NCBI GenBank assembly: GCA_964016885.1
Contig: OZ024752.1
Location: 38,440,001 to 38,504,000, forward strand
Reading direction: 5' to 3'
Length of the DNA: 64,000 nt
DNA from: Eledone cirrhosa
Taxonomy: Eukaryota
The translations under genes and the position numbers were made by a program. Shown here piece after piece: positions 51,065 to 64,000 of this stretch. The first letter of the stretch is position 1; every line of letters begins with the position of its first letter. The notes beneath the pieces were generated by a model, which did not search any database, was not told where the DNA came from, and saw nothing but the letters and a program-made list of their open reading frames with translations.

Positions 51065-52000
51065 TTATATAAATTCCGACCTTACACACTTACACCTCTC
51101 CAAGACAATGTCACTGGACCTAGATCTTTGGCGCTGCGCAGTAATACAGAAGACCCGCCTTTCCTAAGTACAAAGCAAAATCTACAGTCAGTAGGCACCT
51201 CCTAACCAAAAATACACCCCCATCCCACTACCCCTACCCCCACCGCCATCTACACCACCCCTTTCGATGTAAAGTTATGTTGGTGCCACAACATCCAGTC
51301 CTAAACAAATGAGGTTGTGTAGGTGTCACGACAAAAGAAAACACACAGTCCACGCTGTAATGTGGCCGTGTAGGTAACACGGTAAAAACCTCTCAGTCCA
51401 CACTGTAAACGTGGTTGGGTGTTAGGAAGGGCATCCAGCCGTAGAAAACCTGCCAGACGTGTAGGTGTCACGACAATAAAACACACAGTCCACGCTGTAA
51501 TGTGGCCGTGTAGGTAACACGGTAAAAACCTCTCAGTCCACACTGTAAACGTGGTTGGGTGTTAGGAAGGGCATCCAGCCGTAGAAAACCCGCCAGACGT
51601 GTAGGTGTCACGACAATAAAACACACAGTCCACGCTGTAATGTGGCCGTGTAGGTAACACGGTAAAAACCTCTCAGTCCACACTGTAAACGTGGTTGGGT
51701 GTTAGGAAGGGCATCCAGCCGTAGAAAACCCGCCAGACGTGTAGGTGTCACGACAATAAAACACACAGTCCACGCTGTAATGTGGCCGTGTAGGTAACAC
51801 GGTAAAAACCTCTCAGTCCACACTGTAAACGTGGTTGGGTGTTAGGAAGGGCATCCAGCCGTAGAAAACCCGCCAGACAGTCCTCTACGAGCAAGACAAC
51901 AAATCTTGCCTCACGTGGGACAATTCCCGTCTAAACCCATGCTAGCGTGTAAGATGGACGTTAAACGATGATAATGATGATGATGATGATGATGATGATG
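51065..52000 (+). mobile_element. RTE 3' end with an internal 140-bp tandem expansion (~4 copies)
   Basis: Near-identical to 3690-4176; ORF-track repeats at 140-nt spacing. Confidence 0.75.
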
Positions 52001-55000
52001 ATTATTATTATTGACTTTCCCTTCCCCAAAATTGTTTTGGCCATGTATCTAAATCAGAAACCATTATTATTATATGGGGTTGATAAAATAAAGTACCAGT
52101 AATGCACTGGGGTAATTGCTGGCCTTGTGCCAAAAGTAGAAACAATTATTATTATATTCTGCAGTGGGCAGTGGCTTGGCAGTATCGGTAGTGGGTCGGA
52201 CGCCATGCTTTGCAGCATAGAGTTACGGCCCTTTATGATCAGAGTTTAAATCGCGCCGAGGTTAACTTTGCCTTTCATCCTTACGGGGGGGGGGGGGGTC
52301 GATAAAATAAAGTACCAGTCACGCACTGGGGTTGATTTAATCGACTTTCCCCTCCCCCCCAAAATTGCTGGCCTTGTGCCTATATAAGAAACCATTATTA
52401 TATTCTAAATAATTTATTATATTCTAAATAAAGTACCAGTAATGCACTGGGTAATTGCTGGCCTTGTGCCTAAAGTAGAAACAATTATTATATTCTGCAG
52501 TGAATTGGCAGTATCGGCAGAGCGTCAGACAACCTGATTTGTGGCATATAGTTACATCATATTCCTTTACATTCTGAGTTCAAATCCCACCGCGGTTAGC
52601 TTTGCTTTTCATTCATACTGGGGTCAACTTAATCAACTTTTCCCTCTCCCAAAAATTGCTGGCCTTGTGCCTAGAGTAGAAATCATTAGGCAGTATTGAT
52701 AGAGCGTCAGACACCATGCTTTGCAAACACAGAGTTATGGCCCTATACGTTCTTAGTTCAAATCCTGCCAAGGTTAGCTTTGCCTTTCATCCTTACGAGG
52801 TCGGTAAAATAAAGTACCAGTAATGCACTGGGATAATTGCTGGCCTTGTGTCGAAAGTAGAAATAATTATATTATTATTATCCATTGGTTTTGACAATGA
52901 GTATTCAGTAGTTTGATCAACTAAACACCCAACTCAGGAAATTATATGTGGTTGAGTATTCCGCCACAGACACATGGAGAAACCATGTAACAAATGCAGA
53001 ACTCATCATCATAGCATGGGTTAGACAGGGTGTTTTGAGACAATTATTTACAGCCAGATGCCCTTCCTAATACCAACTATTTTAGATGTCTCTTATGACA
53101 CACGCGGATACAATAAATCTATTGTAAAATCTGGGATACGCAGTGTATTCACAACATATCATATGATGAAAAATATTTTAAAATGCGAAAAAGATTAACC
53201 CTTTAGCATTTAAACCAGCCGTATCCAGCCAGAATTCTCTCACCTCTTTCTGTTCAAACTGGCTGTAATCAGCAGCTCATACTGATGTTAAGGTATTGTT
53301 CTCAAAATAAATAATATCAAAATCTCATAGGTTCGATATTATGTGAGATAATTATGTAAGGTAAACCATTTACCATGAAAATATAATAGTAAATATAGAG
53401 TCATGTAAATGCTAAAGGGTTAATAGGGAAAATAGATCATTGTACGAGGGTCAGCTGAAAATTTCATAGGTTGTCTATGAAGGATTGACGCTAGAGCTGT
53501 GAAATCTTGCATGCATTCATTTCAACTCTCCTTATTAATAACTGCATTGTTTCTTCCCAGAGACAAAAATAAACCTCATTTGGTTATTCCATGAGAATAT
53601 CTTTGTCAGCCTATGAAAGATTAATGCTAGGGCTGTGAAATCTTGCATGCATAAATTTCAGCTCTTCTTCTTATTAACTGCATTGTTTCTTTCCAGAGAC
53701 TATGTTGAAAAATAAACCTCGTTTGGTCATTCCATGAGAGTATCTTGGTCAGCCTGTGAACTTTTCAGCCCACCCTCATAAAGGAATTTAGAAGTTAATA
53801 GATCTTTTTAGAGACTAAATCAATATTTTCTAAAGAGGGTGTTTTTCTCATAGACAAAGTTCCCATATGAGCAAGACAAGGGCAGCCGACCGGACACTGC
53901 CCACAACAGGACAACCCGTCTAACTCATGCATGGAAGAACGGACATAAAATAGTGATGATGATGATGAAAGAAGATTAACATAAATGTGAGATCCCTAAA
54001 ACTAGGATGAAAAGAATTCATATTTAACCCTTTAACATTTAAACCGGCTGTATCTGGCGAGAATTCTCTCACCTCTTTCGGTTCAAATTGGCCATAACCA
54101 GCTGCTCATACTGATGTTAAGATATTGTTTTCAAAATAAATATGGAAATCTCATAGATTCAATATTATGTGAGGTAAAGCCTTTAACATGAAAATATAAT
54201 AGTAAATATAGAGTAATGTAAATGCTAAAGGGTTAAAAATACTATTGAAAAAATAAATCATTGGCTGTATTATAATTATAAAACTTGAGCTTTTCCATTG
54301 AAATTAGTTCAATTGACAAAATATTTTAGAAAGGATATCAAATAACATTTGGGTGTTATAAAAAATCAGTCAGTTGAGTTCCTTTCCCATGAGCTCAATA
54401 AGAATATCTCAAATGGTGGCCCGGCCTAATTTTAGCACATTCTGACATTTTATCATCATCATCGTCGTCGTTTAACGTCTATCTTCCATGCTAGCATGGA
54501 CTAGATGGGATTGTCACACTTGAGACAAGATTGGTCGGGTGACCGTGTCTCGCTCGTGTAGAACTGTTTCTGGCAGGTTTTCTATGGCTGGATTCCCTTC
54601 CTAATACCAACCACATTTACAGAACAAATTAATTTTCAACCTTCATTTCTACTTAAGCTAAAATCTCACTCCATTTTAAATACTTTATTCTCCAATGCTA
54701 TTAGAGGGCTCCACAGAAAACTCTATTTTCTCCACAATTTAAAATCTTATTAAATTCAAATAAAGTATTTATTTAGCCATTTTTTTTGTTGTTGTTGCAA
54801 AGGAAACAAGATGGAGGGATATAGCATACTAACCATGCCTATCTAGCCAGACACAACTCCTGGCAGAATAAGCAACATGAAATAAAGTATTTTGCTTAAG
54901 AACACAATACACCACCTGGTCCAGGAATCGAACCCACAACCTTACACTAGGCCACACATGTAGAGATATATCTGGATGATAAGCAACAATTAGTATGGAT

Positions 55001-57022
55001 CATGCCTCCATGACTTATGGTGGACAAGGCTTTGAAACCTAAGGTAGCAAGCAACCATGTTGGGAGATATATATATATATATATATATATATCATCATTA
55101 CTGTTTAACCTCCAATTTTTCTATACTTGAGATCTAAGGGAACCCCAAGAAGACCTGAGAAATGATAAAAGCTAACCTTGCCCAATTGCACCTCTCAAAG
55201 GCGATGACACAGGACCAAGACTTCTGGTGTTACACAGTAATACAGAAGACCCAACTTTCCACAAAAGCTGAAGCATAGACAATATGCATCCCACACCCCC
55301 TCCCAATATCTAATGGTAGTGTACTTATACACACTAACATTATACATCCATTAGAGCATACTCACTTAGTTTCCTTCTAGCCTTTGCATGTGTTCCATAC
55401 CTGTGCCACAAAAAAAGCACCCAGTCCACACTGTAAAGTGGTTGCGTTGGTGACACGACAAAAAGTGCCCAGTCCACACTGTAAAGTAGTTTGGCATTAA
55501 GAAGAGCATCCAGCCATAGAAACCAAGCCAAAAACAGTCCTGTATGAGCAAGACATGGTCACCTGATGTGACATGTCTCCCAAATAGACAACACGTCTAG
55601 CCCATGTTAGCACGAAAGAGTGGATGTTAAACGGTGATGATGATGTGTGTATACATACATATGTGTGTGTGTGTATACATACATATGTGTGTGTGTGTAT
55701 ACATACATACATATGTGTGTACGTACGTACGTTAGTATTAACGTAATGAAGAAAGTTCTCTCAGTACTGGAAGTAAAGTGTAAAATCTACGGCATACTTC
55801 GCTAAGTGTTCATCCCAACACCAGGCTTTGTTTCCTCATAACTTTAATAACATTCTTTTACTGGTCCTAGTCATTGCGCCATGTTGATCCCAATACTTAT
55901 TTTATCGATCTCTATTTGTTGAACTGCTAAGCAATGGGATACAAACGAACATCAACTTCGTAACCACACAGCCATGCATATTTTTAATGAAACTTTGAAG
56001 AGGTACGTTTTAAAGGTGTAGTTTATTTTAAAGAAATTTAATTTTTGTTTTTGTTTTTCATAGATATAGAAATGACATTGCGTTCCTATAGAAAAATCTA
56101 CGACCATCATCAAGATAGATATTATTCGTTATCAACACGAAATTGGAAGTTATGATGAAAAAAAATTAGCTTTTTTTAGTCTTCTACAAACACAGATCAA
56201 AAGTGTTCAGTAATAAAACATTAATTAGCGAAACTTGTTATCCACAAAAAAAAAAAAAAAAAAAATGAAAATATTGTTGCCTTCTTCATTTCTAAGTAAT
56301 TTTATCTTCGGTGGGGTTATGGGAAGAAGACACTAAACTGTAATTATGCCAAAGTTATTTTTTTTAGTCAGCCAGAATTTTACTGGGACCCAAGGTTTCA
56401 CGCAGACACGTTGCAACAAAAAAGCGATTTTCTGCATGAGAATTCTGATAAAATATTTAGTCATTTTCTTCCCAGAAGAACGAATTATTATTATTATTAG
56501 AAGCGTGTAGAATTATTAACTGGGTAGTTTTAGAGTTAAAATAATTTTACTTTCCTCTATTTATCTCTTTAAAAAATATTAAATAGATCAATAAAAGCTG
56601 AGGACACAAGTGCTTTGTTTGAGTAACTATAACTAAATTCGTTCTGACTTATTAAAATTAATTTCTATATTCTTTAAAACAAGTGTAACGGGTATATTAT
56701 AGTATATTTATATTAAAGTTGTAGAAACATTATCTATATTAATGAGGTGTCAATGAAAATTATAACAAGTATCATGCGATGTAAAACAGTGTCTAACGTT
56801 TTTCAGATTTAACGAAAAAAAAAATTATTTTAAAAAGAATAAGCATTTAACGTCAATAATGGTGGCATTTTGTTTTTCTTTTGATAAAACTGACATTGGT
56901 GATAAATATTCTGCGATCACATAGGATAGTGAAGTATAAGACGTAATAATAAGTTGCAGTATATTTTTGTACAGGTTATTATTGCGAAGCAATTCAATAT
57001 CTAGTAAAATATATTTATCCAA

Positions 57023-58492
57023 TTATTTATTCCGAAGTAATTTAGCTAATTCCTCGTCTATAATAGCAACCATTTCTTTCTCTAAATCAATGTGTTCCGT
57101 TTGTAATGGTTCATTGACGTCTACTATATTATTACATTCCTCTTTCATTTCACAATTTTTACTGTCATTTAATATTTTAGACCTTAGTTCATCCGTAACA
57201 AAAGTATTATCAATCGCTTCTATCTCCTTTGGACAATTCATCATTGACACACAAGTTTCTTTTTTACTTATTTCAGCCATTTTATATTGTGGCATGGGTG
57301 TTACCATAAGTGGAGTGCTCACAGCTGATGAAGATTTGAAACTATTTTCGTTTGAAACATTTAATGGGATTGAAAGAGCTCTTGCAGTTACATCATGTTC
57401 AAACTTATTTAGAAGTAAGGTTAGTGTTGCTTGAAGAATTTCGTATTTTCCTCGAAGGGCTGTGATTTGTTGATGAAGACTGCCACATATGGTCTGTGAA
57501 CACGTTTTTGCTTGTTCCAGTGCACGCATGATCGTGTCTTTCTCTTCTTCAAGGTACTGGCACCGAGCTATAAGATTCATTATACAACTTGTCAACTTCC
57601 GAAGAACTGACACCTCTTCATCTTGGAAAAGTAAGAATTTTTCAAAGACTTCCATCGAACCATTTTTAACAGCAAAATTAACGTCACTATCTGTGCTCTG
57701 ATATACCTTACCAAAAATTTTACATTCATCCATATTTTCTGAAGCACACCGACGGGGCATTTGAATATCAAGTTTAACACAAATATTAGAACGATCTAAA
57801 AATTTTTCTTTCGAATCAGTCTCAGATTCTATTCCGGTTTCACTTTCTGTTAAAGAAGAGTCTTTCGTTTGAATGCTGTTTTGAGGACTCATTCTAAATT
57901 CCATTGTACTTTTCGTTGATTTCAACTCGGTACTAGAAAAAGTGTAAATATTTTTGTCCACTGCTGGTCCAGTCCAAGACGAATTTAAAGATTTGCACTG
58001 CTGCACTTCTAGCCGTTCGGCCGTTTTTTTAGCAACATAATTATCATATAAAACGTCTTCATTTTTTTTGTCAAGTAGGAAGTCAGCTCGGAGATCCCCG
58101 ACTTTTTTAATCAATGTTACAATTGCTAATTTATGACTGTTCAATTCTTCAATAATGTCATTATACGGAAATGATATCGTTGAAGGAGAACCATTCTCCA
58201 ACAAATGTGATAAGACTTGATTTCTCGCTTCAAATTCTTGTAGATTGACATCCAACTTACCTAAACTGCTTAGAAATGCTGGTAAAATACTTGCAGATCG
58301 TTTTAATTCGTGAGCCATTCGACTAACATAGGATTGTAGAGATTCTTTTTGGCAGTAATTTGTGTCAACATTGTCGTGAAAAAGATCGTCAAGTAGTTTA
58401 AAAATTGATGTTAAATCTTTACATTCAGTCCGATTTGAATCAAACCCAAATTTCATTCCCGATGATGAGCAGTTATCTTTTGAAGATTTCAT
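57023..58492 (-). CDS. Intronless 489-aa hypothetical coiled-coil protein
   Basis: 1470-nt uninterrupted ORF in AT-rich DNA with normal amino-acid complexity, heptad-like segments and an in-frame TAA 6 nt upstream of the ATG; lies in a repeat-poor island; candidate AATAAA at 56022-56027 (minus). Confidence 0.8.
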   Translation of the reverse strand: MKSSKDNCSSSGMKFGFDSNRTECKDLTSIFKLLDDLFHDNVDTNYCQKESLQSYVSRMAHELKRSASILPAFLSSLGKLDVNLQEFEARNQVLSHLLENGSPSTISFPYNDIIEELNSHKLAIVTLIKKVGDLRADFLLDKKNEDVLYDNYVAKKTAERLEVQQCKSLNSSWTGPAVDKNIYTFSSTELKSTKSTMEFRMSPQNSIQTKDSSLTESETGIESETDSKEKFLDRSNICVKLDIQMPRRCASENMDECKIFGKVYQSTDSDVNFAVKNGSMEVFEKFLLFQDEEVSVLRKLTSCIMNLIARCQYLEEEKDTIMRALEQAKTCSQTICGSLHQQITALRGKYEILQATLTLLLNKFEHDVTARALSIPLNVSNENSFKSSSAVSTPLMVTPMPQYKMAEISKKETCVSMMNCPKEIEAIDNTFVTDELRSKILNDSKNCEMKEECNNIVDVNEPLQTEHIDLEKEMVAIIDEELAKLLRNK

Positions 58493-58799
58493 ACTTTAGT
58501 TAATTGATACCCAGAAACTGAACCGTGAGAGAGTCGTTTAATAAAATTGTATACAATAGATGTTCTCCTTTCTTCCAGAAAAAAATATCTAAATACCTAA
58601 AGTAGAACTAGCGTAAGACATTATGATTGAGTGCTTCGAAAATTACTGACTAAATTTCTTTGCCAATTCATTGATAACAAACATTATCCTCCGATTCACT
58701 ACATGGCATAACCCTTGGCTTAAGAGAAAATCACTTTTAAATATTTTTTTCGTCGCGTTTTTAACTGTAAATATCTTTTTACTAGTTTAGAAGGAATGT

Positions 58800-59335
58800 A
58801 TGACGTTTTCGTCCTGTCCGGCGTTGTCATAACATTTCAGATATAACGCCATGCTTACTCTCAACGAAGTCATTAAGCATGGACGACGCAGGCTTCCATT
58901 CCCAGATCCAGCCAGCGGAGCTGGACCGAGAGTATGGCAAAAAGCCAGACGGTATGACAATCTTCCCGTTCCGCGGGGGCAGGCCCCTTATCTGTGACGC
59001 CTTCCTTAGTGGCAACTTGGTGCGTTCGGCTACCAACCCAGGCCCTGCTGCCCGCCAGACCGAAGAGGGCAAACTGTCCAAGTATCGGCCGCTCTCTGAT
59101 AGATTTGTGGTAGATCCTGCGGCGGCAGCGGAGATTTTCGGCGTTTTTGGTCTCCGGACCATATCCCTGACCACTGCTATCGGGGCTGAGTCGACTGTCC
59201 ACTGCTATCGGGGCGGGGTTGACAGCCAACAGGTGCGAGCGGGAGTGGCTGTTCCAATGCGTCACACTCACAATCCTCCGTGGCAATATATTCTCCATCC
59301 TGTTGGCCAGGTCCATGAGTCGGAGGGTACTAAAT
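58800..59335 (+). mobile_element. CRE-like RLE non-LTR retrotransposon fragment
   Basis: GC-rich; GKKPDGMTIFPFRGGRPLICD...AA...EEGKLSKY..L...EIFGVFG then, frameshifted, EWLFQCVTLTILRGN; PD-(D/E)xK endonuclease signature. Confidence 0.75.
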
Positions 59336-61356
59336 CAGACGTCCATACATACTCAACCCCTTGCTTATTAACTTTTATAACAAGGTCATTCCACTTTTTC
59401 TTTGGCCACTCACCGCAGTAATGCTTTTGTCATATTGTCCGGCATAATTTAGGCATAAGGCCAACAATTTGGGGGATGAGGAATGCTTTCGCCATTTTGT
59501 CCGCGTGACGCAGCTGAGAGATACCACTCTGAATGGGGTGTAGTCTGTCGGTATTTCCCCCTCTTCTATTCCTTTCGTTGTTTAATTTCTTCTTTCATTT
59601 TTATTTCTTTTCCTTTTATTCTATTCTTCATTTCCTTATTGTTTTATATAAACATTTCTAGTCCCCTATATGTCGGCCCTTGTGGCCAATAAATGAAATC
59701 ATATGTGTATACGTCCCTTTACAATCTGAGTTCAAATCCCGCCGAGGTTGACTTTGCATTTCATCCTTACGAGGTCGATAAAATAAAGTACCAGTAATGC
59801 ACTGGGATAATTGATGGCCTTGTGCCAAAAGTAGAAACAATTATATGTGTAGGGCATGGTAAAAAAACAAAAAAAAACATAATAATAATAATAAAGAAAG
59901 AAAAAGAATAAAAGATTTAGGGGAGGTAATTCTAACACGCTTTATCAAAAACCCTAAAATCCCGCCCCTGCTTCTATGAAACAAGATCACCCAATTTAAA
60001 TGGTTCATGCTTAAATCAAAAACATAACTTTTTACGTTATTTTACAAATTACATCTAAATAATGGTTTCTGGTTAAAACACAAGGCCAACAATTTTGAGG
60101 GGAGGCAAAGTCGATTAAATTGACACGAGTGCGTTAACGGTACTTTATTTTATTGACCTCTTAAGGAGGAAATACAAAGCTAACCTCGGTAGGATTTCTT
60201 ATAGTGTTGCCAAATCACACCTTCCACGCCACAATCTAACAAATATATTTTTTCAAAGAAACGTTTTAATTATTTCCTAAAATATTCTAAAGCCCCACCA
60301 AAACATTCTCATTCCACCAGTGAGGCGTATATCCACTTTGAAAATCAGTTCTACGCTAGAAATAGCAGCTAATTTTACGCCTAGCCTCGCCCTATTATTT
60401 TAGAAAAATAAAAGCATAGTCTGTGTTTTATGGACCCAGATAAACTATGTCTGAAAAAAATAAAGCGAGATAGTCATGACTGGAATGCTTTTGATCATAT
60501 GTCTGTTTAACTAGGGTCCACTTAAGACTAAACAATATGCAGGACATGGAATATCTGTATATTTAAAGAGTATGTCAAGCTGTGTATTTTGGCCCATCGC
60601 TAAGGATGGGTGGGCGTACCAGATGATACTTTTCTCTTACTTTTCAATAATACATTCTCAGGTTGAGAAAGATTGACAGCAATATGCTTATTCCGAAACT
60701 CTGTCTTAGAATTATTGCGAATTAGAATGTCCACCTAGAATGTTCTGAAATTTCCCTCAGGCCTCCACCGAGCACCAAAATCTGGCGGCGGGCTTGTCTA
60801 TATTATCCAGTGAGCCGTTTTCATACGTACGACGGATTAGAGGGAGATATGGCTGCTATTTCTAGCAGGCTGAACAACCGCGTAGAAGCTCCCGTGTAGT
60901 TAGTGTCCAAATTTCCGACGGCGTTCCAGCCGTGGCTATACCGTCTATTTTTCAGACTTCCTATTTATTACAGAATTGTCTTCTGCAATATATAATTACT
61001 TTTTCAGTTGACTTTTTGACTGCTATTGTAACATATCTAATGACGTCATGGAAACTCCTTTGTTTTATCGGTTACAGACAGGGTGAGGGGGTGCTCCCAC
61101 TTAAATAAAACATCAAAATTGGTCTTTGAATATTTTCCAAATCTATTCGTTATATATATAATATATATAACAGTGAAGTTAGAATTTGCCTCATTTTTAT
61201 TGATAACAAATAAATAAGGTAGATTCTCACATACTGACTTCTACTTCATTGTTATACCAATATTCTGGAGTACACAGATCTACATGTATATACCAGTCGA
61301 GTGCTCTATACTGCGTACACCACTATCGGTTGATTAACTAACACAAAGTATACCAA

Positions 61357-61446
<90 letters not shown>

Positions 61447-62124
61447 ATATTATGGTGGCTGCCAACTCGTTTTCGAGTACGGCCACTACTTTATATCCAT
61501 GTAGGAGGACCCCTATATATATACACACACATATATATATATAAATTAATAAAAATAATGAATAAAAACAAAGAAACAGTTCCTTATATTAAAAAATTCA
61601 TCATTTTACGATCGTTTCTAGGATATATATGTTTGTGTTGGTATGTATATCATATAGATCTATGTAAAATTTTTACAAACTATCTGAGGGAATATACATA
61701 CCTACACATATATATGCTGTCTTCAGAAATAATTGTTTCTACTTTAGGCACAAGGCCAGCAAATTACCCAGTGCATTACTGGTACTTTATTTTATCGACC
61801 CCGTAAGGATGAAAGGCAAAGTCAACCTCGGCGGGATTTGAACTCAGATCATAAAGGGACGTAACTATGCTGGAAAGCATGGCGTCCGACCCTCTACCGA
61901 TACTGCCAATCCACCACCCTTGTCTTCAGAAATAATTGTTTCTACTTTAGGCACAAGGCCAGCAATTACCCAGTGCATTACTGGTACTTTATTTTATCGA
62001 CCCCGTAAGGATGAAAGGCAAAGTCAACCTCGGCGGGATTTGAACTCAGATCGTAAAGGGACGTAACTATGCTGGAAAGCATGGCGTCCGACCCTCTACC
62101 GATACTGCCAATCTACCGCAGAAA

Positions 62125-63205
62125 TAATGATATTTGTTTATTGAAAAAAACCAACAAAGATTTAATATAATAGGTCTGTTTGGGAACAGGTTTTGAATTG
62201 ACCATTAGAAAGGTAGTAAGTGGTCATGATGGTAGAATAGTAGTAATAGAACTTTAATTTAGGGGTAGAGGAAAGCAGATTTCAGTTTTGAATGGAAAGA
62301 GTATGATGAATGAAAAGATTATTTTAGGGATGAAAATAGGTCAAGTCGGTAAAAGGTACACGAAGAATTGATGTTATAAAAGAATAATGCTAATGTAAAT
62401 ATCTAAGGAGAATAACATTTTACGATAAATGTGTTAGTGAAAAATATCAATCTTATTTAAAATATAGGGAATTTACATCTATAGAAAGAAAATAAATTAA
62501 TTAAATTGATAGGTATATTTATATTGATAAATTTATATTAATTCCTATAGATATGATAAATAAGAGTTAGATGTAATTGAAGAGTGCTGTTAAAAACGAA
62601 GGGAAAATAAAAAAATAATAATAATTATTATTGGGGGGGGGGGGGTAAATTCATTAGTGAGAAATAACAAATTTATATAGATTATAAGGAACATAGAATC
62701 ATAACCTGAAATTAAAATAGTTTATATGTATACTTAATGGTATACATTTTAGGAAAAGATAGCTGTAAAAGGGAAATAAAATTATGCAGTTCATTAGTAG
62801 TAGAATATTAATTATAGGTTAACTAATTTAAAAAAAGTGTTATTATAATAATTTCTCAAGTGTATATTAATTAGGTTTATAATATTTAAAAGTTCTTCTC
62901 AGTTTATGATTACATGATATAATTAATTCCTGTCGTTTATTTAATAGGATATCCTTAGATTTCATTATTTCAAAAAGTTCCTGGGAACATAATCTACATT
63001 CATATCTATTATTTTGATAAGGGGTGGCCCTTTTGAGCACACTCCAGGTCAGGTTATAATCTATATTCCTCTTTCTATAATTATTAATTATTTCAGCTAA
63101 AGATGTATTAGCTAATGCGGCATTTTTAATATCCACAAACACAGTTTTAAAAATGCCGCATTAGCTAATACAACATCTTTAGCTGAAATAATTAATAATT
63201 ATAGA
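62125..63205 (-). mobile_element. Penelope-like element 3' fragment (GIY-YIG C-terminus at 62867-63142 plus AT-rich 3' region) with an inverted 5' duplication
   Basis: TSLAEII..Y......LTWSVL..A.PY......CRLC..E...I......LLNKRQEL...CNH is a PLE C-terminal motif; 63146-63203 is an inverted copy of 63075-63129. Confidence 0.75.
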
Positions 63206-63358
63206 GTCCTGTGTGTCCCCGCCATTTGGTCTGTCCTCTCTCCTCACTACTTTTCCCTTCTTTTTTTCTGTATTAAGCGCCGAAATATCTTGATCCCGGT
63301 TTACAGCTGACGAAGGATTTCTTTTCTTCTTTTGTTTCGTCCATACTGCCATCTTAAA

Positions 63359-63397
<39 letters not shown>

Positions 63398-63719
63398 TTT
63401 CTTTATATATAGATAGATATGAGTGTGTGTTTAAATAGAGAGAAAGAAACACGGAATATTGTATGTATATATACAAAATACATATTCTATAGAAGAATTC
63501 CACCTGTATACATATTCTTCTATAGAATATGTATTTGGTATATATACAATGTACAGTGTTTTACGATATATGGTTCTTTCTCTCTATATATATAAACATA
63601 TTTCTTATTTGGTTAATATGGTTCTAGATAAATTCTAATTGAAATTATATACATATATATATATATAATTTCAATTAGAATGGCTTTCTCATTATGTACT
63701 TATATTTTACCTCTAATTG

Positions 63720-63778
<59 letters not shown>

Positions 63779-64000
63779 CAATTAGAATGGCTTTCTCATT
63801 ATGTACTTATATTTTACCTCCAATTGAAATTATATATATATATATATATGAAAAACAAGGGGAGAAGAATACTGCATGGTTGCACATGGATTACATATTA
63901 TAAAATTAGTCCCTCATCAGTGATTTGCCAACCATCATTGGTATTTCATCGCATTAAAAATCAGATACCTCAGGTTGGTGCGAGCAATAGCTAAAATAAG

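Noticed and set aside
56246-56265. Poly-A tail marking the 489-aa ORF as a retrocopy
   Set aside because: The A-run is on the plus strand, so it reads poly-T relative to the minus-strand ORF; no TSD seen
56967-57780. Overlapping plus-strand and alternate-frame ORFs
   Set aside because: Shadow ORFs of the 489-aa coding sequence
61041-61048. Palindromic CRE site TGACGTCA upstream of the orphan ORF
   Set aside because: A single 8-mer 2.5 kb away; expected by chance in 64 kb
63300-63925. Hammerhead cores CTGACGA (63307, +) and CTGATGA (~63915, -)
   Set aside because: No correctly placed GAAA/stem III/stem I; at best remnants

Overview
AT-rich, repeat-dense eukaryotic DNA; the SINE and microsatellite landscape suggests a cephalopod, probably an octopus (inference). 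I assembled three protein genes by hand. (1) The 5' part of THYN1 (EVE-domain protein) on the minus strand, 5 coding exons, running off the left edge. (2) A complete 10-coding-exon LRRC56 (ODA8/DNAAF12-like ciliary LRR protein, about 611 aa) on the plus strand, head-to-head with THYN1 across a region with RFX X-boxes and an E2F site. (3) An intronless 489-aa coiled-coil ORF on the minus strand that I cannot assign. Introns hold two tRNA-derived SINE families, RTE and CRE-like LINE fragments, piggyBac/mariner/pogo/hAT MITEs and satellites. The most unusual signal is a set of several families of short palindromic elements embedded in (TA)n that carry minimal hammerhead-ribozyme motifs. They include a variant with an ~80-nt extended stem II supported by compensatory changes, and they occur alongside a Penelope GIY-YIG fragment with the same inverted-end geometry. 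A mariner-type MITE also appears to have captured a KLHL10-like kelch exon fragment. All family assignments are from recall, not database searches.
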